A DNA stretch of 41,427 nt from Catajapyx aquilonaris (taxonomy: Eukaryota), in NCBI GenBank assembly GCA_000934665.2, contig JYFJ02000887.1:62001-103427 (forward strand), read 5' to 3'. A program made the translations under genes and the position numbers. The notes below the pieces were generated by a model. It saw nothing but the letters and a program-made list of their open reading frames with translations. It had not been told where the DNA came from and ran no database searches. Each line of letters begins with the position of its first letter. Position 1 is the stretch's first letter. Shown one piece after another: positions 14,174-27,329 of this stretch.

Positions 14174-17100
14174 CTGGCCCCACCTCGTGCATGTTACTCC
14201 AGCGTTGCACCGCGTCCTTGCTCGGACATTCACCTACAGAAGCGGAGAGCAAGAGACCCCCATCGGAGGGCACCGACTGACTGACTTGCTAGGACTCTCT
14301 CTCTTTGGCCCGCATGTGTGTTGCCAGGCATACCGGTACAACATCATCGCTGGAGATACACTCAGGCCTGAGAGCCTTCGCCAAACGAGAGGCCCCGGCT
14401 TGCTGTTTGCCTTGAGAGATGCCGGTCTGACCACAAGGACTCAATTGCCGTGCTGTACACTGCACAACTACACTAAAGACTGGCATTGCCCAATAGGGTA
14501 CGATATATTGCGGCTGTACTTGCTGCAAAAAACGCTCGGGAAGATTGATAAACAAGAACTGGCTGTAAAAGGTGGCTGCCAGCTTTTCGCATAACTGATA
14601 ATGATGGCCTATATGGCATCCATATAAAGGCATGTACAGGGTGATGTCGAAATTTGATGCGAGCTCAGGATCCAAACCCATTTCTAGAAAACTGGCATAA
14701 CTCAGGTCTGTCTGTATAACGGATCATGGACACAGTGGAAACTTGTCTATTACAAATTTTTTGATTGGTTCCGGTGAAGCATTTTCAGCCCATTTCAGTA
14801 GCCTATAAAACTGAAACCCGTTCAGTCAGAAAATTCCCGCGGAAAGGAGCCATTCCGTCTTTGAAAGGTTTCATTGTAGCAATTATAGGTGGTACTGTAC
14901 CCATTTCCTCGGATTTTTTCAAGATTTTACAAAATAACGCAGTTTGGCACAACTCATGAAGCATGAAGGGTTCCCCTGCCTAATTAAAAAAGCGTCTCGA
15001 GAGCAGTAGTGGAACTTGGTGTCTTTTCTACCATGGTCACATCCGGTTGTTAGCTTCGAATAGAGCATTAACTTATCGACTGGGGCGGGGAAAGTACACA
15101 GAATGGAGGCAAACATTACCTCACAGCCCCCAGCTCATGCTACTCATACATTGGGGCTAATCGGCACTTCAGGGTATGACAATAACAAAGTTTTGTGGCC
15201 GCCACGAGTAGAAATCTCGCCAGCATTTCCATTAAAAGGTCGGCCATCCCCGTCGCATGTAAACTTTTTTATGTGACTTACTAACTGCATCAAGGTAGCT
15301 AATTTAGGCGACAAACAATCCGTCCTAGAATTTCCCATTGTCGAACCTGAATTTCTGCACGCATCATTCTTCATACGCGACAAGGTAAGGCGATTTGGCA
15401 TTCGTTGCGGCTAATTAGCATTAACGAGCACCATCTTATACCTCACGTGCACCTAAAGGTTCCCGCCTGCGACCAGTTTCCACCCCGGAGGCCCTCAAAA
15501 AAAGGAATGCCCAACACAAAATTTCCCGTCCATGCTGGTCACGACCCCGAAGCATAGTGATACAAAGAGAGGCCTAAATAGCAGTCTAGCCCTAATCACT
15601 TTTGGCAGAAATAAACCGCACTTGTCCCGGGAGTCCCGAGGAGGCATTTTCAACACGAAAAGGCGTAACACTGTTCTCGAGCTGGAGTAAGGTCCAATGA
15701 ACGCAGTGATGAAGGGCCATCCATTTCTTGCGTAAGGCCACTCTTGCTTGTTAGTGCAACCAAGTGTTACTTGCACGCCTCGCCAAACACTCGCCAAACT
15801 CAGACAACTCTTCTTCATAATTCTGAGGGAGCAATTCTCCGCTGGTGAACCAAAAAAATGCGGGCGACCCCCAAATAGCCCCAAGGGACACATGGGGAGA
15901 GCTGGGTGGAAGGAGGAAATAATCTTTGTCGAAAATTCGAGCCAGTAATTGACATTTAGGCAGATAATGACGGCATTGTTTCCAGCTGGTTGAGCACGTT
16001 GCGTGCGCGGCAGGGGCCCTCATGCCACGACTCGTTACTCTGCCAGGAAAGCAGTGGGCCAGGAATGCACTTGTCTCATCACGTTCCCTTCCATCGTATA
16101 TTTTATCCGCCGGAATTATTGTGTCATCTCCTCCGGCCGGTGCCGAATTTGAATGACGTGCGTTTTGAACACGCGTACGGCTCCTACCGCCTCATTCCCA
16201 TGGGTTTCGCAAGCCATGGCCGCCAAACTGCACCCTTTTACTTTGTAATACTTTTTTTGTGTGTATATTACTGTGCGGCACCGAGGGGTGGAAAAAATAA
16301 TAATCGGTAGTTTGGAAATCTGTACTGCACATATAAGGTATAATAGAGTGGAACTCAACCGAGAAAAGAAAAAAAAAGTGGAAATCCGCAATTGGAAGTG
16401 TCGATTACTCCAACTCATTTTCGTGCCCGTCCATGCTAGAGATACGGCTTTTTTGTCCTATGAATAGTAGGCTATATATACAGTACATCAGTGAGAGAAT
16501 AACAACCTTATTTAGCAGTTCTCAAAGGCAAAAAAAAATCTTGCTTCACATCATGCTCGGTCGATTGCAATAATCAACACCCTTATTCCTCCCATGCAAA
16601 ATGAAGTTTGTTGCCAGTTCGGTTGGGCCTCACATGCAACCCACCTTGGTTGCTTTCTTTTCCCCGCGCAACACGGACGAATTGAAGTAGTGGTGGTAGT
16701 GAGGGTGCGGAGTACTGGCAAGGAACATAAGGGCCTTGGCCTACTATACCCACCAATTGGGTTCCAGCACCGCTGCATGGCTAGGCACACAGACACTGCC
16801 TACTGACCATTGCTAACGCATACAAAAGCATACCGTCGCATTCCATTTTTTCCCCCACCCCGCACTATCCAGCACGTGAGCTCATGACAACTAAAAAAAA
16901 CTATGCGACTTTTTTCCTGAGAAAGTGCGCCACGCAACTCTCACCTGTTGCATAAATGGGAAGGAGGCGGTCCCTTCAAATCCCCCGTAGGAAGTCGTAA
17001 TTATTGGCATTGTTGTGGATGAGTCTGCATATGCACGCGGTACAATATGCGATCCCAACCATGCTGCGAGGTTAAAAAACGCACAAAAAGTTGCCTATTC

Positions 17101-17360
17101 ACGTAGTGTCCTCGCCAACCCTAATGAGGGCCATTCCGCAAAAGTACGTCACTCAGTACGATACACGTCTCCTGTTGCACCGTACCTATTTCCCCCCGGC
17201 AGATGTACATAATTGGCGTGAATTATGACTCAACTTATCACGCACACTTGCACCACTCGAACCCCTGCCCTAACCCAACATCGGGCAAAGGGCCCCGCTG
17301 CGGTTGAATATTAGATGACTCCTGGAGGCACACACCAAATGGTAACCCAGCGGTGCTTAC

Positions 17361-17399
17361 CTCACATGCCGGCCGGGGGGCCAGTAGAATCCAACCCAT
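17361..17399 (-). CDS. Possible short coding portion of an alternative first exon (MGWILLAPRPACE, phase-0 intron follows)
   Basis: ATG in strong context (acaATGg), 13 open codons, ends at donor GAG|GTAAGC (17361|17360), lies downstream of a promoter-like module. No homology recognised. Confidence 0.3.
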
Positions 17400-17610
17400 T
17401 GTCAATCAACAGCACTCCGATCCAACAGCCGAGCACCACAAACAACACAGCACCTCCTCCACCAATCACTACACTCGATCACCACAACAACAATCATGGC
17501 CAGAGGCACTAACCAGGGGTGACATCACAGCACTACAGCACTAGTACCGCTTGCTCTTGCACCGGCCCAACACAAACCCAGCACAATCCTCCTACTCCGC
17601 CATCCCAGTT

Positions 17611-17735
17611 CAACATGGCCGCCGCGGCAATTTTGGCAAAACCACAGGTGGAGTAGTGCAGCGACGGTGGGACTGGGGAGGGCAGGCAGGGCTCCTAATT
17701 GGCTGAGGCACCTGAGAGGCCTGTTGGGATTGGCC
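17611..17735 (-). promoter_or_regulatory. Candidate internal/alternative promoter
   Basis: On the minus strand, in order: CCAAT (17729-17733), CCAAT (17698-17702, 31 bp apart), CCCTCCCC GC-box-like site (~17675-17682), Inr-like CCAGTC (17671-17676), YY1-like GGCGGCCATGTTG (17611-17623). Locally GC-rich. Confidence 0.5.
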
Positions 17736-18041
17736 GGGGACAGACCAAGGTCGACGGTAGAAAAAGAGGCGTATCTCTCTGGTGGTTGGGGATGGCTGCG
17801 GTGGCGCCAGTGCCAGCGATGGTTACGGGAGACTTGAATGCGCGGATGGAACAGGAACCGGCTCACTCACTCTCTTTGGGTGCCCTATGGGTCCCCCACC
17901 CCTGCCCCTAACTATGTACCCTCGACTTTCCCCCCTGCCCCGTCGGTCGAAGGACTGTCCCAATGCGTGCGGTGTTGCCCTCCAGGCGCACCTGCCCACC
18001 GCCCCTGCTGCACCTGACGCCGTGCTGGCCAGATGGAATCT

Positions 18042-18058
18042 ACTCACCTGTAAAATCC
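18042..18058 (-). other. Candidate recursive splice site, junction 18048|18047
   Basis: Minus strand reads ggattttacAG|GTGAGT: perfect donor but short pyrimidine tract. Downstream donors CAG|GTGCAG (34 nt) and CAG|GTGCGC (56 nt). Confidence 0.5.
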
Positions 18059-19000
18059 ACCGCATTTCCCTTCACGCACATGTGTTGGCCTATGATATGT
18101 CTGATTGTAGTCTATCGCACGGCTGCTTACACGCTAGTTCTGTATCGCCACCTATCACAAGGTTAGTGTATGCCTCAGCACAAGTACACTACATTACTTT
18201 TTTATGGGGTTGCTCGTCATATACTGTAATTTGTTATTTACGTCCTAAGTGAGCTCCACCGCAATCGCTATCATAATTATACTCCAACGTTGGTGCTTTC
18301 AGTGTTGCACATCATTACGGGCAATAGATTTTCCCCTAATGACGTTAGAGCGAACTACCCATCGCGTTCAATATTGCAACCGAAGTTAGGCTACTGGCTA
18401 CATCATAATGCCTTTCAACAGGAATCTGACGTTACATGTACCGTGCCATATTGCTATATTTTGCATAATAGTTCGAAATTTCTCCTTGTACACTCACGGC
18501 GGCAATAAAATGCAAGATAAATTGACAAATTCAGATATGCAAAACACCACTGTAATATTGCGTACAATATGACATCACTCATTCCGAAACCGCCAGAATT
18601 TCATCCGATCTATTTCGCATTCGATACTGTACGTGAATGTACTTTCGACGACGAGGAACTCCTCACATTTTAATGCTACGTACAATGCCACACGCTCTTA
18701 TTTTCACAATTTTCCCGCACAATCAAGCAAAAGTGCTGCGGTAATCGGAGAAGTTGTGACATTGTACGAGTGTCCTACTGATCCACATGGTCGAGTCCAC
18801 ATGTAACCTTGTAATCATTGTGTGATAATGTGGAAACGTGTAATATACATCGACACAGAGCGATGTCACTCCTAAGGTCCCACACAATCATTTTGACACC
18901 CGCATAATTCCACTTCCTCCCGTCATAAGTATTTCGACAGTCCGATTTGCGCGCACACACACACACACCTGAGTCTACAGGTGTGTTGGAGTGTCCGTAA

Positions 19001-19014
19001 CCACCAGATGGCAC
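19001..19014 (+). promoter_or_regulatory. CTCF core consensus site
   Basis: CCACCAGATGGCAC matches CCRSYAGRKGGCRS at every position. Confidence 0.45.
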
Positions 19015-22000
19015 CACCCTCCTAGAGGTGTTCCCGTCTGCTGCCGCCATTCAAATCGCCAGCATTGTTTGTGGTCGACCTTCAAAAGTAGGCGAGTAGG
19101 TGGCGGTGAGAGACGTAAGCCCTTACCCAGCCTCCCTAGGCTTCGAAAAAGGGCCTCCGACCAATGGGATTTCTCGGCCTGTTTCCCAGTTGTTTGACCG
19201 CCTGCGGGGAGTTCACTCAACCTCCCCCACTCAGATAGTCGCTACGATAGGCTCTAGGAGAGAATTGCTATGAGTCACCCCCGCTGCAACTGTTGGTACA
19301 CATGTGTGGGGTATTTCAATCATCATGCCCTTTTGCCAGGCTGCAGCAAACTGTGCAAGCGAGTTGGCAACACGGCTCAGGGCTGCCAACTGATGTGCAT
19401 GTTAGGTGCGCGTGTGTCGGTGTGCAAAATTCCGCACGACGGAAGCTGGTGCCGGAGTGGCGTGGAAAAATACATGGATTTGTCATATGATCATAACGCC
19501 CCGGCAAATGCACTTGTCGTGGCACACTTTCCCAGCGATTTAATTCCACATTTATTCTTACGGATATCGTTGGCACACTTACCCGAACACGGCTGGGCGT
19601 TTTATTTGGGATTGTTTCTGTAACAGTCAATAATGAAGCGGTTTAAAACCACGAATGTACTGATGCTTTTAGTATCCCAGAACGTCATGAACCGGCAAGG
19701 TCGCAGTGATGCCAGTAATACAACAAATTAGTTCAAGGTTATTTCACACTGCACATGGACACAACTAGACATGAGCAATCGAGTTATAATTGATGTGTTA
19801 CTACAAAACATAAGATGAGGCATTTCGCTGGGTAATTCAATGCAAAAAAAACAACTAATAATAAAAATAAAAAATCGAGCATGTAGCTTACATGATGCAA
19901 GAGCAAGTATAAAATTTAATTCTGAGAACCTATTCCCACACTCAAGGTGCCTGTTTTTTTGTTTTTTTGTTTTTTTACAGACTACAGTATATTTTCTTTC
20001 ATAGAAAAATGCTATACCAGACACGTGCACATTCATCAGCCTTAGCTTACAAACTGATTATACTTGGAAATGCTGCATGTATTCAACTCGAGTGTTGCGC
20101 TTGAGCTCTTAAAAATTTTAAAAGCATACATCTCCCTAACCTAGTCCATGACGGAACTTGAATACGATTTCCTGATAGGCGAGGCAGATTTGACACCACC
20201 TTCCAAAACCAAGCATCCATGCACTTTACCCCAACTTATACAACTTATTGGATTTTTCGTCGTAAGTCACTGGTGTGTGTTACCCCCAAATACCAATACA
20301 ATATATTGGCGAATAATAAGGTAGATGTTCGATAGCCCTATAATGTCAGCGAATGTCAGAAAATGAATCGACTTGTTACAAATTGGCTGTTGACTCGTTT
20401 ATTTACGTAAACTGTTTTGCGCAGAAATTTTCTTGCATATATTAGTCACTAATCATTGCAGTTCCAGATAAAACCGGTACAATACACGCTTACATGATGC
20501 AAGGGCCGATAAACCACTTGTTACACAACTAAACTGCAGCAGATTATCGTCCCTCTATTAAATTTTTTCAGCTGGCAGTCCAGCAACGGTACTCTGAAAG
20601 TGACGTAGAGCACCATCCCTTCAAAAAACAAATCCGACCACAACAATCTGTGGCAAGCCCTCACGCCGCCTATCGACAATCGCGCAATTGGCCACCAATA
20701 AAAAATAAACACGTGAAAAATAGCTTTATAAAACCCAGAAAAAAAAACAAGTCCCGGCAAGCGAAATATAAATTGCTCACTACCTCAAAAGGATTGCCTA
20801 TCCCATTTTTGCGGTGGCGAACAATGCGTCATAAATTCCTCCCCACTTTACGTAATTAGGCACTTCGGCTCGTGTGTTGTGGCCACAACGAATGTCACGC
20901 GTGACCGGATCTCTAAGGCCCTATACTATTCACATGTCACTCCAGTTTCCCGAAAAGGTGTGGGCGGTCATACTTTTCAATGGCGCGATTTTTTCCTCCC
21001 TCCCACCCCCCTGGTGCTATTTGCGATAAGGCACATTTCCGTCCGCCAACTGGGAATCTCATGCGTCATGAAGTCCACCTATTAATCCTCAACATCTGTA
21101 ATAATGTCCCCCAGAACGAGCAGCCTTTCGATACCCGACAGGACTAATCTATCAACCCCTGATTGCCGACCAGGCCTGCAATACTTCCGTTGTCAAATAA
21201 GCCAGGGAAAAATGCCCATGTTTCACCAGGGCGCACCGCCGCTAATTAATCACGCTCCAGGCCTACCAACTTGACGGACATAAGAATGTGCAGGTGCAGT
21301 CGTGAAATAAAGACCTCGGCTAATTCCCTTTCCAGCAGATTTTCTGAAGTCTGCCAAAACCCCGTGACAAAATCCTAATCCTGCCGCAGCACACGGCTAA
21401 TTCCTCTGCAAGATAGGTCTACAAACTCTGCTCATTTGTATAACGTCAAGTGTCACTTCTTCGGCTCCAGCGGTCCAGATCCGCTGGTGCACCACCAGCA
21501 TGGCAGGAGGGGCCATAAATAAAGAGGGGAAGACCGCATTAGGGGTAGGCGGCGAGACGCAGGGGGTTATCACTCCTCCATGATAACATTACTAATGGCC
21601 GAGTGGGAAACACGAGAATGAAGTCTACTGGAGATGATGCAGGTGCGAACGGGGGCCTCGACCTGGGCCACCGGATTTATTGGCCCCTTGAAAGTGGATG
21701 TGTCATCGCGGACCCACAGACTATATATGACCTACTTCCCTTACCAACATTCAACGCCTTGCCCGACTATTACGCTGGAGGGCATACGTGATTCACAGGC
21801 TGGCTCGGAACTGCCGGAGCTCGCCCTTGGAAGAGCCCAAAATGCGAAATGGACTTGGGCAGTGAGGAAGGCCGTGCGAGATTCCTTGTGGTTCCAGCCT
21901 CCAAAAGGCAGCAAGGAGGGCACACAAGCAGCCCACAAAACCTTGACAGCAGTCACGGCGAGGCCCCTTTCTATAAAAGCCATAAGAGATGGCGAAGGTC

Positions 22001-24658
22001 ATCCCTGGAGCAATTTCACTACCAATGCCAAGGAGGAGGCAGAGTGCTCCAAACTAATGTTCGTAATTTCTGTATTGCTGCATGCCTTCCAGCACTGCAA
22101 TATTGCTTCGTGAACTTGCCGCGAATCGTTGTCGTGACATGATGAATTTGCAATAAGCCCTCAGTGTGAGCTACTTTGCTAGTAATGACTTCACTTTCCT
22201 AAAGCAGTAACGTCTCTCCACATGATCGATGGCTAATACGATAATGAAGTCTAATAGCGGTCGGGGTTAGACTAGGTCGTGCCATGTATAAAAAGTACAC
22301 CGGCAGTGAAAATTCCTCTTGGGCTTATCAAAACGGTAACGGTGGAGTGTCTCACGTGGCGATAACCAACCTAGCTATCCTGTGGCTCTCAGCTTTCACG
22401 AAGGCACGGCAAAACATTCAATATTACTTCAGAGTCGTGATTGCAATAGGTTACGACGCATCTATTTCCTGCCCACTTCTCAACAGCTGTTAACCACATG
22501 TTTCTCCTGACATACGGCAGTAACTCTCCTCTAAGTTCTGCAAATACTTGTTTGGTCTCTCTGGGTGCAGGACATAACACTCGCGTCATTTGCGTCACCT
22601 GGTACCACAATTAAAGAGTCGCCGGTATACAAGATTAATTTGAAGAACTTGACAGCCGAGGTTTTCATGAACTAGACATATTGGATAACCTGCCTTCCTG
22701 TAAAAGTAATGAAACATGGTGTCATCGCAGATCCCCAAATGTGATGATGCAGCTCGGAACATATGCCAATTTCAACTGACAGTAAAACGCGACATAAGCA
22801 ACTACTGCGCCCAAAGGGCTTTAAAACTCAAAAATAAACCTCATTCGAAACCTGTATACACAACACTCACTACCCAACGCAATAAAATTCTGCAAACCTA
22901 TTTTCGCAAATAAAAAAGCGATGTAAATGGTAAGTGCAATATTAAAGCTCATTACAAACCAGATGACACTGATCAAGCAGGCCATGTTATCACATACTCG
23001 TTTCCTTATGTCGTCAGGCAAAGATTACGCACCTAAAACAATAACTGCCACTTCCGAATAAAGCACAAGAGATACGGACCACCTTCCATACGGTCCCGGC
23101 TTAATCACAGCCACAAATATTTACGACTCATATACACCTGACGCAGTGCTAGTCAGGTGAGAGATTATAGGCATGTTAAGAGCGGTAATGACAGCATGGC
23201 CAGCAGTACCGTGTATAATGTAAACCTTTCAGTAACGTTCAGTTATGTGTTCCACCCAATGACGGATAAATAAAGAATTCTCTCTTCCTCCTATTTTAAC
23301 GATCAGTTTTACGTTCAGGACTCCAGTCCCTTCCCTTTCTTGGAGTTCATTTTACGAGACTTCAAAAATGCGCGTTCCTTACCTTCCCAAATGCTTGTAC
23401 ACACTCTGAGAGCAGAGAAGCAAGCCCCTCTTTTCTTTTCCCTTTCTTTGCTCTCTTCCCTCAAAATTCCTATATGCCCTGCGCCCTGAGCAAACATATG
23501 GCCAAGCCAACAGGGTCCACAGCTCCTCGAGAAAAGGCCAGCCGGCATCTCCCCCAATTCTATTCTCTTTTACGAAAAACCAGCCAGCCCAGGCCAAAAG
23601 CCTCGCTCAGGAGGACACTGCGGGCACTTGAGCAAATCCGCCGTAATTATCCTCGCCACGCAAAGCGTAGTAGTTTCAATTAATCCTGCAAATTAATCGG
23701 CCTGTCTCTGCACCTCTCTCGTATTCTTTCTCTGCCCCTTGTACACATCCGCCCGTAGATCAAATTCGCACCATGTTTTACATCTGCACTTCGTGGGCAC
23801 ACCCTGCGTCTGTGGTTGCACTTGACTCACGCAATGTCTTTGCAATTATATCCTGAAATGCCCAGTGTAATCTTGTTAGAATTATTCAACCTATACGACG
23901 TCAATACACGAGCAGTTGTACGGCCGGCAATTGAACTTCAATATATGGCAATGTTTCTGATATATTTATGCCCAAACGGCCATTATGCCATGAACATACG
24001 TGCCAATGTGTGAAATAATTTTCAGTATGGCCTTCAAACGAGTAAAAAATGTATAACACGTTCAACGCACTTTTTCGCACGGGGTGTATTCACGGGCCAC
24101 GATGGGCATGCCTTTGAACCCCCTGCGATTACACTGTGAGACTGCTACATTGTCATCGCTCGCGGAACAATGCCCTTCGTCAGCAATTGGTGACGGAAAT
24201 AATACCGCTAGATCATCGCATAACTTTCACACGAAGGTAGGCTGAAAAAACTACTTACTACGGAGATCCCACATGATGGGCAACAGCTTTAGGCACTGAA
24301 TAATTGAGATCATTGCCGTCAGTGGTTGCGACAAAGAGGTTTTCAGCCCAGACAGACTTTACGACGGCTTGATTAAAAACCTAGACGAAACCATGGATTC
24401 CTGGAAACGATCATGACCTGAAGCCTTCAAGTTCCCGGACCCTTCCGTGACAAAACCCACCTTCACCTGCTCTCCACAGCACGGCAACACCCAGTGGGTG
24501 ACGTATGGCTCTGGATATTATTTAGTATGAGCTCTTTTTTCCCTAATTTGCACACGTTTAGCTCTCTTGACAGGGAGAAAATGCTCCTTGGTCTACCTCG
24601 TGGCAGCCACGTGAAATATGCATAAATGCCACGCATGTCCGATACTGTGATCACTCAC

Positions 24659-24694
24659 CAAAGCAGATAAGACGCCACCAAGCTGGTCACTTAC
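24659..24694 (-). other. 36-nt cryptic exon (RP/RS-exon) behind the ratchet point
   Basis: GTAAGTGACCAGCTTGGTGGCGTCTTATCTGCTTTG, bounded by the strong acceptor upstream and a second perfect donor TTG|GTGAGT (24659|24658). Confidence 0.6.
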
Positions 24695-24721
24695 CTAGAG
24701 AAGAAAAGAAACAAGAATTAA
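24689..24721 (-). other. Strong candidate recursive splice site, junction 24695|24694
   Basis: Minus strand reads ttaattcttgtttcttttcttctctAG|GTAAGT: branch-like TTAAT about 24 nt upstream, long pyrimidine tract, TAG, perfect donor. Confidence 0.75.
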
Positions 24722-27000
24722 TATAAGCCAATACCACCCAATGTATATGCATGACACACTGAGAAAATCGTGCCGATATCTCCTATCCAATAATGCGGCA
24801 CCGAAGCCAACGCCTTACGGACATGACAACATCTTGCATGCATGTAACCACCTGCAATTGATTTTCAACGGCACCCATCCTAGAGGGGACAATAAATGCA
24901 AATGTGCTCTTGTCGAAGTCCCCGCACGGATACGGTGACATCCACGCACCGAGAGACATACGTTTAGCCTTGCAAGTCACATACCAAACTAACGGTCTCA
25001 AGCTATTTGCTTGCTACTGTATCTAGCAAACGTCACTCGTGCCATCCGTTTTTTAAACCTTGATAACATTTTCGAAAGTATGTAAAATTCATTAAAAATG
25101 GGATATGCAAGACACTTCTAGTTATGTCATGACACTGTCTTATAAACACAGCAAAATGTTGGGAGGCGGCATTTAACATCACTAATAATGACAGTAAGCG
25201 TAATACCCTTGCCCTAATTTACATATGAAAACGAGTTCAGGGGACGTGGACAGGTGTCATCAGCTGAAATCCAACAGAACCAAAATGCCTAACCCTTAGC
25301 GTGCGATGCCATCCAACCCCCCTAGTCGATGGAATTTACTTTCCAACTTCCAAATGCAATTATCCGGCAATTATAGCACCTTTTACATCAAAGCCGTTAA
25401 TTTGTTGGCAAGCCACTGGCAATCCCCCAAATCGGCATCGATGCCCATGACCTAACCTCATCTCGACAGCGATTCCTATCAATCCTGATGCCCTCAATAT
25501 GCGCCCCCTCTCTCTGACACGAGGAAAATAATAGGCTAATCTCCCCTGAATCGAGGTACGCCCCTGAAGGGATAATGAAGTCATTGAAGTAACCTCCTTC
25601 CCTGAGGTATACTATAATGGTATACAAAAATGATGCTTTTGGCCCTAATTATAAGTGGCATGTGGAAGTGGAATTTGGAAGTTAATTTGAGTACACGTCA
25701 AGTAAACTCATTGACCACCTGCCGTTCAAATTCCACACGTGAGAAGATTCAAGTAATTTTAATCAACCTTTAAATCGGAATATGATTAGCCAGTATCAGT
25801 AATCACACGTAATACGCTCGTAAAAATTAAATAAATCCACCAGGTTTACTGTTCCGACACCACAACCATATCCGCTGGCCAAAAGCGACGGGATGTTGCG
25901 GTTGGAGTGTAAACGAGCCACCTGCCGCCCAATTTGATAATATCAAGGACATATTTTGTGTCTTCATCTCTCTTTCACATTTTTCCCCCCTATCCACCTT
26001 CCCCTACTTCTTCGTGGGAGACGAAAATGCTGTTTGGAGGAAGGCATTTAATAAAAAGCGAAATGACTTCGTGCGTGAAGTACTGCCAGAACAGGTGTTT
26101 TATACTTTTGGTTCCGATGGCTGACTGCACATGTCCCCCTGCTGGCATGCAATCGATTGCGCCTGTTTCAACCTCTCCACCCCGTTATGTGGGATGCAAT
26201 CATCGCCTTTTTGGCTCACTTGAGGCATCCACTTGTCACGCTTCCCACAATTTATGAACGACCCTCCACCAACACCTGTACTTCCTATGTGACAAAAAAC
26301 TGTTTCCTCTCTTTTCCAAACCAGGAATTCCCGATATCCCACGTATGATTCCACACTCGCAGAAAATTCAACGTCAGTAAATCCACACACGCTCTATGCT
26401 CCTATAGCTCAGCCTTTATGAACAGGCCTTTATGAAGGTGAGAATTATCATGGAAATTCCACGAAGCCCAGGCTGACCTAATTCAACGTTTATAACCCAA
26501 GCCAGAGTCCTGGAGGGACATGCATCAAAATCAATGAAACGAATGACGCTCTGGGAAGCATGGTTCAGCTTCCCTTCCGCTGCGGGCCAGCAACAGGTGG
26601 ACCTCTTCCTTCCCATCCTATATAGCTAGGGGAACTGGAGGAAATTGGTTTTCGGGCGGAGGCAAGACGCTCCACCGCCTCTCCAAAGTTCTAATCGAAG
26701 GGAACTAACCTAAGTTCAGGCCACCAACCCCCCCTTCTCATGCTCCTCACACCCCATCCCTGTTTATACCCGCAAATATATATTGGGTATGTGTCGGATG
26801 CACCAGTGATTTTTCCTTCGCGACGCATCGGTGCGTCATAATGGCACCTGGTTTAACCATGGTCATCAATATCTTAATACCGGTAATCATTCCTGCGATT
26901 GCATTAAAGGCCTGCTGCAAGGCTTCCCACGCGAAAACACGGCCCGGGTATCTCTCACCTATTCTATACACTCAAGGATGCTCGAGCCAGATATATATTC

Positions 27001-27028
27001 CCCCCNCCTCCCCCCCCCCCCCCCCCCC
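27001..27028. repeat. Poly-C run (contains N; assembly-uncertain)
   Basis: cccccncctccccccccccccccccccc. Confidence 0.7.
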
Positions 27029-27292
27029 AAGCCGTGCTTTCTATAGGAAAGAGGAGAAAAATTTCAGGGGAGGCTATATACATGGGGGGAGAAATGATCC
27101 CGATTTCTCCCTATTCCATCCCCCTTCTACAGCAGGTTGCGCAACCGATGGGAACAGCAGATAGCCCGTCAGGTGATTTGCTTACTGGGGGATCGATATT
27201 TGAATTTCAAGAAGCCATCAAGAGCCGAGTAGGATCTGATAATGAAAGATGTATGGGAGGAATCCCTTTCCAGGGAAAATTCCCCTTCTCTT

Positions 27293-27329
27293 CCCCCCCC
27301 NCCCCCCCCCCCCCCCCCCCTTTTTTTTT
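27293..27329. repeat. Poly-C run followed by T run (contains N)
   Basis: Directly visible homopolymers. Confidence 0.7.

Noticed and set aside
14637..14720. TACAGGGTG Tc1/mariner-like terminus
   Set aside because: No matching inverted end found nearby; cannot delimit an element
22990..23022. Minus-strand CTGACGA..GAAAC..GTA hammerhead-like words
   Set aside because: Stem II has only 1 bp and stem I is unpaired; consistent with chance
23750..23772. cccgtagatc resembling the miR-100/miR-10 5' end; also gcacttgtcccgg at ~15618 resembling miR-92
   Set aside because: Partial matches only, and no pre-miRNA hairpin seen
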